Source of the DNA: Octopus vulgaris
Lineage: Eukaryota
Assembly (NCBI GenBank): GCA_951406725.2
Contig: OX597830.1
Coordinates: 33,170,001-33,234,000 of the forward strand
Length of the DNA: 64,000 nucleotides
Direction of reading: 5' to 3'
The notes beneath the pieces are model-generated. The model saw nothing but the letters and a program-made list of their open reading frames with translations, did no database searches and had not been told where the DNA came from. The position numbers were made by a program, and so were the translations under genes. This document shows positions 56,718 through 64,000 of the stretch, piece by piece (the first letter of the stretch is position 1; every line of letters begins with the position of its first letter).

Positions 56718-56934
56718 GTTTTGAGCTGAGGTGGGTGCTAGATTCCCTTGTTTGAAAAATGTAAGGACATAAATCGTGTCATATAGCCAGCTGGAGAGGA
56801 TGTTTCCTGAGGCTAAGTAACAGCTACATTCATCCTATACCAGGACTACCATGTTATGTTGGCAAACAATCTTTACTCCAAAGTACTGTTGCTGAATATC
56901 TCTCGTTGTGAGATTTAAAAATAGTAAATTTTTC

Positions 56935-57235
56935 TGAGTTCTGTGGAGTTCAATCACCTCTGGAGGTGTGGATGTTTTGTTCATCATCCTTAAAACAAAC
57001 TTTAAGGACCTTTTGAATGGGATGGGCTACTCAACCTGAAGAAAATTGTAATTGGGCCCCACCTGCAAGTTCATACACTGTTTATCTTGGTATGGGATCA
57101 CCATGTCATGCACATATGGTTGTGATGCATGTGCCTGGTGTACCCTTATCAGACGGGTGGTCAAAGATGGGTATACCAGGCTTAGTATATTTGTACCCCA
57201 GTATCACTTTGATAGCATGCACTGCTCTCTCACTC
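56935..57235 (+). mobile_element. (TAA)n-associated element, older diverged copy
   Basis: Collinear with 27850-28141; same 3' junction. Confidence 0.8.
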
Positions 57236-57712
57236 AATAATAATAATAATGATGATGATGATGATGATAATAATTAGCAGGGCCCGTGAAAACTTAATGG
57301 AAAACATAAAAAATGTAAGCATCTGTAAATTGTGCACTAGTGCCATAAGAAATGTTTTTATATTGTGACACTTAGAAAAATATCCAATATTAGTTGAGGA
57401 CCCAGTATATAGAGTAGAGTAACTAATTATATAGTAGGAAAGTAAAAACAACATCCAGCATTCTCTGTGGTTATGTATCTGTCTACTCTGAAAATACCGA
57501 TAAAGATTTAAAAACACAAAACATATGCCACCTTCCTTTCAGTTGCCACTCACTCTGTCTCACTCACTCTCTATATAGTCTCACTCAGTCCTATATAGTC
57601 TTAACAAAAAGTGAAGTAGACTGACATGTAATTTTGAACCTGTGGTAGGCACGCTAGATGCCGAAATATTGTTCAACAAATTTCACATGATATGGCACTC
57701 TTCTATTTATTT

Positions 57713-57784
<72 letters not shown>

Positions 57785-57791
57785 TGCAGTA

Positions 57792-58327
57792 CTGATGCAG
57801 TACCAAGCAGTGGCTCTCATGGCTTCTTATCTTAACTGACTGGAAGTGTTATCATGTACATTGTTTTGTCTTGGTATAAAAGATGGGCTACAGCAAATAT
57901 TCTGCTCAATACCACAGATTTGCTTGTCAGTTGTTTGACCTTAACCAGTTGAGCATGTCCCTTAGTGGCTGACGATATGTGCATCTCTGATCACAAGCAG
58001 AAGTAGTGGGGGAGCATCATAGCCATGTGTTGAGAGGGATTCTTTGGGGTTTGAATAATTCACCTTTGGAAACAGGGGTGTTTCGTTCAACATCCTTAAA
58101 CAACCCTTGAGCGGGATGGGTTACTCGACCAGAAGAAAATTATAACTGGGCTCCACCTGCAAGGTCATGTGCTGTTTATCTTGATATGAGATCACCATGT
58201 CGCGCACATTTGGTTGTGATGCATGTGCCTGGTGTACCCTTATCAGACGGGTAGTCATGATGGGTATACTGGGCTTCGTATATTTTACTCCAGTGTCACT
58301 TTGATGGCATGCACTGCTCTCTCACTC
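57792..58327 (+). mobile_element. (TAA)n-associated ~540-bp non-coding element, full copy
   Basis: Highly similar to 27598-28141; (AAT)n on both flanks. Confidence 0.9.
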
Positions 58328-58365
<38 letters not shown>

Positions 58366-58380
58366 TAATAATAACATTAT

Positions 58381-58792
58381 CTTTTACCTTTTGTCTTTTA
58401 CTTGTTTCAGTCATTAGACAGTGGCCATGCTGGAGCATCACCTTCAAGTATTTCTCAGTCAAACGTATCAACCTCAGTACTTATTTTTTAAAGCCTGGTA
58501 CTTACTCTATCGATCTCTTTTGTTGAATTGCTAAGTGACAGGGACATAAGCAATCCCAAACCAGTTGTCAAGCTGTAGTGGGGGACAAACAGACACAAAC
58601 ACACACACACACACACACATACACACACCGTGCTTATGCATGCACACGCATATATACAACAGGATCCTTTCAGTTTCTGTTTTAGTTGGCCCGAGGCTAT
58701 AGTAGAAGACAGTTGTCCAAGGTGCCATGTCGTGGGACTGAACCTGGAATCATGTGGTTAGGAAGCAAACTTCTTACCACACAGTCATGCCT
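58381..58792 (-). mobile_element. SINE family A-related, diverged
   Basis: Collinear reverse complement with an internal deletion. Confidence 0.85.
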
Positions 58793-59794
58793 GTTCTCTA
58801 TAGTAGTAGTAGTAGTAGTAGTAGTAGATTATGTAAGTATGAGAGCAAAAGAGGTGAGGTCAGCAAAAATTATGATGGATTGAAAGGAAGGTACAAAATG
58901 AAAAAGGGTTGGCATATCAGAAATGATAAAGATATTACTAGTAGCACATAGGAAAAAGAAAAACAGAGCAACCCCCCACCAAAAACAAAAACAAAAAAAA
59001 TCTATAACAGAATTGAAATGGAGTAGAAGAGATATGACTGTGGAGAAGAGAGAGAAGCGAACTGTTGGAATATGGCTAAATGGGAGAGTGGAATTTTAAA
59101 ACATCTCCGAAAAATTGATGATAGAAACAGAAACAATATATGTATGAAATATCTGGGGATAAAGATAATAGAATAAATGAAAGAAGAAGAAAAAGGAAAA
59201 AAAGAAAGAGACTAGGTAATAGATAGCTGCTAGTTTATCCTTTCCTGTATCACAAGGATTCATACTGTTAGTGTTTATATCTTTATGCCATAACAATAAG
59301 TAGATGGGAGATAAATCACCCTTTGGTTAAGGCATTGATCTATTGCAGGTAAATTCCTTTTTTTTTTTTATGCATTTATGTATTTATGAATTTATTTGTG
59401 TGCATGTATGTATGTATGGTAGTCTCTTGGGTTTGAGAAAGATGGTTCTGCGGTTCCTTGCTGAATATCCTGCACGAATGATTTGTTTGGTGCTGCACAT
59501 AAGCTGACTATCTCAATCAAATCCCCATTACCTGCACAGGTAGCATGGTATGCTACACATCAGACGTCAAAGTGATCATAGATCAATGTGATACACAGTA
59601 CCCTTTTTTTTGCTCAAGAATATGATGCACTGCCTGTCTAAGAATTGAATCTGTGATCTCAGAATCATGAGTGCAACACCCTAACAACTAGGCCATGTTG
59701 CCCTCACATTTATATAAATATTAGAATGTGTCAACATTTTCATCATCATCATCATCATCATCCTCATCCTCATCATCATCATCCTCATCATCAA

Positions 59795-60080
59795 CATCAT
59801 TGTTTAACGTCCGTTTTCCATACTGGCATGGGCTGGATGGATGGTTTGACTGGGGACTGGCAAGCCAGGAGGCTGCACCAAACTCCAACCTGATCTGGCA
59901 ATGTTTCTACTCCTGGATGCCTTTCCTAACGCCAACCACTCCAAGAGTGTAATGGGTGCTTTTTACATGCCACCGGCATGGGAGCCAGTCAGGTGGCACT
60001 GGCATCGGACAAGTTTGGATGGTGCTTTTTACATGCCACCAGCATGGGGAGTCAGTCAGGCAGCTCTGGCAATGACCCAT
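59795..60080 (-). mobile_element. RTE 3' UTR with 2 hairpin units
   Basis: TTTAACGTCCGTTTTCCATACTGGCATGGG..CCTAACGCCAACCACTCC after a (CAT)n tail. Confidence 0.85.
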
Positions 60081-60334
60081 TTTATAAACAAAATTTGGAA
60101 GCATTGAATGAGGATGGTATTTGGTAGACAAGAAGCTAAGTTTCAAACACAGTAAAAGCTGTAAGAACAGCAGAGAAAGACTGAGTATTTGCAACCTGTC
60201 GGTGACTTTTTACCATCTTATAAGGGTAAATACCCGATCTTTCTCTGCTGTTATTACTGCTTTAATGCGTTTGAAACTTACTTTCTTGTCTGCAAAATAT
60301 TAGAATGATATTATAAATGCAGACAGTTGCATCA

Positions 60335-60480
60335 AGAAGTAGAGGGAACATGTTGAAGGGGTAGACCCAGAAAGACATGGGATGAAATGGTGAGAAAGGA
60401 TCTACAGACGTTGGGGTTCACAGCAAGGATTCCTGGCAGTTTGCTGTGCTTGGAAGGACACATCAAGCTAAATAAAAGCA
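60335..60480 (+). mobile_element. RTE ORF C-terminal fragment
   Basis: EVEGTC*RGRPRKTWDEMVRKDLQTLGFT. Confidence 0.8.
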
Positions 60481-60524
60481 TTGTTGCTCTTGCATACAGA
60501 CTTGTTCCCTGCAACCCTCACCTG

Positions 60525-61070
60525 CAGGTGTGGCCTGGCTGCTGGGGTCATGTACTCCCCATGGAATCCCCTTTGGCACCACTGCTCTATCTCTCAGAAG
60601 GTGAAGTTCCACATTTACAATGCATTGGTCCTCTTTGTTCTCCTCAATGGAAGAGAAACATGACTCCTTGCAAAGATCCTGGCAAAGAGGATTGGTGGCC
60701 TCGACAGCAGAGCCCTGAGGACCGTTGGGAACATCAGATGGTACCATTACAGTTCCAATGAAGAGCTGCATGCACACATGCATCAGCCCACAGCCTCCTG
60801 CCACATGGTCATCTGCCTCATGTGCTAGTATGGACATGTCTTCTGCCTTCTGTTTGGTCATCCTACCAGAGCTTTGCTCACATTCAACATAGCAGCTGCA
60901 GGTTGGGGAAGGGTCCTGGTGACAGGCCTCACACCATATGGCTGGACATGATTAAAGAAGATCTCAAGAAGTTCAATACCATCTTGGAGGATGTGGAGGG
61001 GCTGGCACAGGACAACTAGCAATATAGGAACACTGATGGACCTGGTTGGCTTTGTGTACGATGAAGCTCC
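60525..61070 (+). pseudogene. Third RTE-clade lineage, decayed post-RT region
   Basis: LAAGVM..PLWHHCSISQKVKFHIYNALVLFVLLNGRET*..DSRALRTVGNIRW..SNEEL..YGHV..RPHTIWLDMIKEDL. Confidence 0.82.
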
Positions 61071-61110
61071 TGAGACTAATAACCTGGGATAACTCCAGCC
61101 CTATTGAACA

Positions 61111-61158
<48 letters not shown>

Positions 61159-61253
61159 GAGAGGATGAGAGAGAGAGAGAGGGAGCTGCACTAGATATAT
61201 GACTTCTCCCATTTTATTTTATAATTAATTTTATTTTATAATTTTATAATTAA

Positions 61254-61417
61254 GACGCAGGAGTGGCTGTGTGGTAAGTACTTGCTAACCAACCACATGG
61301 TTCCGGGTTCAGTCCCACTGCATGGCATCTTGGGCAAGTGTCTTCTGCTATAGCCCCAGGCTGACCAATGTCTTGTGAGTGGATTTGGTAGACAGAAACT
61401 GAAAGAAGCCTGTCGTA

Positions 61418-61464
<47 letters not shown>

Positions 61465-61684
61465 TTGTGTGTCTGTGTTTGTCCCCCTAGCATTGCTTGA
61501 CAACCGATGCTGGTGTGTTTACGTCCCCATCACTTAGCGGTTCGGCAAAAAGAGACCGATAGAATAAGTACTGGGCTTACAAAGAATAAGTCCCGGGGTC
61601 GATTTGCTCGACTAAAGGCGGTGCTCCAGCATGGCCGCAGTCAAATGACTGAAACAAGTAAAAGAGTAAAGAGAGTAAAGAGTA
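61254..61684 (+). mobile_element. SINE family A, full length, young
   Basis: All modules intact with many CpGs retained; repeated GTAAA(A/G)A tail. Confidence 0.93.
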
Positions 61685-63314
61685 ATTACATTAATCACGT
61701 GTACAAGTAAGGAATGAAGATAGAACGAGGTTTCCCTAGATACACACAGAGTATTTGAATGTAGCTTGTATTACTACTATATAAATGATAACTTCTGAAG
61801 AAATATTTCTATCGTAACCTGACTTCAATGCAGCTGATTTTCTATTTTTGTAAACCAATAGTTTGGCCAACATAGAGCATGCTGAATAAAGTTCGTGTAT
61901 GTATTTAATATCTAAGTTACTCACTCACTAACAAAATAAGATTTAGGAAAATATAAGCCAAATTATTAAAGCATTTGTTCTGGTTAACTTTAACACAGAA
62001 TTTGAACTTCTTAGCTTCAGTAGTTTTTGAGGTAACAGAGTAGACGCTCAGTTAAGTCATCTGTCAAGCAAACATACAGGCCAAAAAGCTACGACACTTA
62101 TTTGGATATGTTGGAGAAAGAAGTGATGATGATAGTGAATCATAGCAAACCTATTATATATAATCTCTGTTACTATGAATGTCTGTATGAAAGACTTTGA
62201 AGCAGAGGTTAGCTAGTTGCTTAAAATGGAGATGATATCTTCATCTCTGGTTTCTAGCTATATGGCAGTTTTAAGTAATGCAGAAGAATACTATGGTTAT
62301 TGACATGGGAAGTGTTAAACATTGTAGTTAGGTACATGAAATGCCATGTTTAAGTGACAGCATAATATGTTTGCAAACTATGCAGAAAATGCAGGAAAAG
62401 TATGAGTGGTGTACAAGTGTGTTAACATCTTACTCACAATATACATCCACCACACTGCTGATGCTGTGCAATAAACATAATTACAACGATCAACAGTCTT
62501 ATTATTTTCTATGAAGATCATAATGTTCAATGTAACAGTAGCTATGCTTTAAATACATTAAGAAAAGAGTTTGATTCACAATAACTAATGAATGGTTAGA
62601 GGCAAGAACACAAGTATAACAGTAAAATATATATAAATGAGTAAATAAAAAAAATAAATAAGAATTCATGCAAGCAGTTTGATTTGCTGGATAATTTAAT
62701 CCCTAACATTGGCGAACAATATATGTGATAATCTTCTAAGAAGGACCATCCTTATTTTGTTTTTTAATACAAGAATGTTATCCCTAAGACTTTAGTCTAT
62801 GACATGTAATTTTCATTTTAATGATACTAGAAAATTGGTTGTGGAAGGATGTTGTATGTCTGTGAAGTAGCTTCAACTGACTTGTTAGAAAAGAAATCAA
62901 GAATTAGAGAAAGGAAACAGTAAAAGAAAAAAAAATTAAAAGAAAGAGGAAAATGTGATATGTAATATCCTCCATCGCTTCTTATCAGATCAATGCTTTC
63001 GAAACCGAAATAAAATCTTGTTTATGTCATTTATGTTTCGCAGTACTTTTGTTTCCTAATTCCAATTATTTAATTTAGCTATCATGATAGAATCATTCTT
63101 GGTTTCCCTCCCTGAAACTCCAACATCCTATATTCTGCTACGAACATCCATGTGACTATGCCGTTGAGATATTTGTTCCATTCTATGGCAGTAGCGATGT
63201 TGGATGACAAGCAAAGGCATGTCTATTACATACACCCCCACCGCTATTCATATAGCAACAAAGTTTACTAAGATGTCAAATGGTCAGAGGCAACAATGAT
63301 ATTACATTTCTCAG

Positions 63315-63362
63315 ACATGATGGATAACTGTCTAGCTGACGGCATACAAGAACTTGCGTCTG
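63315..63362 (+). CDS. Candidate 48-nt coding exon, (D)MMDNCLADGIQELAS(G), product unknown
   Basis: ttacatttctcag|ACATGATGG..GCGTCTG|gtaagc; length divisible by 3, one open frame, set in ~500 bp of unique complex sequence. Confidence 0.4.
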
Positions 63363-63467
63363 GTAAGCATGCTTGTGTATAGCAGCAGGAACTGTTTCAT
63401 CCTTGCTTAGCACGAGGAAAATAAATGCTGGAACTGATGATGCTGAAGATGGTATTGATAATGGTAA

Positions 63468-63620
63468 GTGTAGCATAACCTATGATGATGATTAGAATGA
63501 TTATGATGACAGTAACAAAGGTAGTGGTGGCGGTGTTGGTGGTGGTAGTGTAGCATAACCTATGATGATGATTAGAATGATTATGATGACAGTAACAAAG
63601 GTAGTGGTGGTGGTGGTGGT
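63468..63620. repeat. 80-bp-period tandem duplication
   Basis: GTGTAGCATAACCTATGATGATGATTAGAATGATTATGATGACAGTAACAAAGGTAGTGGTGG at 63468 and 63548. Confidence 0.92.
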
Positions 63621-64000
63621 GTTGGTGGTGGTAATTACCATGAAAATGTTAATTAAAATGAGAGTGCTGATGTTAATGGTTATAATGATGCGCAAATGAT
63701 TATGACTGTAGTGGTAGAATTTTATAGGATAGAGATGAAGATTATAATGGTAATGTACACCGAGATTATTGGAATGTTAGTGTATAATGGTGATAATGGT
63801 GGAGGTAGTAGTATTAGTGGGTGGTGGTGGTGGTAGTGTTGCACTGGCAGCAACAACAGCCATGGTGGTGGTGGTGGTAGTGGTGATGGTGGTGATGGTG
63901 AAGATAATGATGATAAGGAAGAGAATTCCTAAGATTTAGATTTTTTTAATAATGATTTATAACAAGATTTATAACAAGATAATGCTATAAGCAGCGATAT

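Overview
AT-rich, microsatellite-saturated metazoan non-coding DNA. The repeat families (tRNA-headed CORE-type SINEs, RTE 3' ends with a (GAT)n tail, very dense (TA)n/(TAA)n/(CAT)n) point to an octopus genome; this is inference from recalled repeat families, not a database hit. No intact protein-coding gene is evident, and nearly all supplied ORFs are microsatellite or SINE artefacts. Recognisable content: about 35 SINE copies or fragments of at least three families, RTE LINE fragments of three lineages, R4/Dong-like restriction-endonuclease LINE fragments mostly abutting (TAA)n, a decayed mariner, two Helentron/DINE-1-like elements, and a decayed Penelope-like (PLE) reverse transcriptase missing from the ORF track. 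The most interesting signal is a set of seven dispersed minimal hammerhead-ribozyme (HHR) motifs or relics, plus one weak candidate, in short non-coding elements mostly beside (TA)n. One follows a tRNA-like Pol III head and one sits in the loop of an 82-bp inverted repeat, suggesting PLE-mobilised ribozyme-bearing retroelements. Also notable: a non-coding element found only at (TAA)n, a variable hairpin array in RTE 3' UTRs, and a few candidate short host exons and regulatory clusters in TE-poor islands. Repeat boundaries were read by eye and are approximate.
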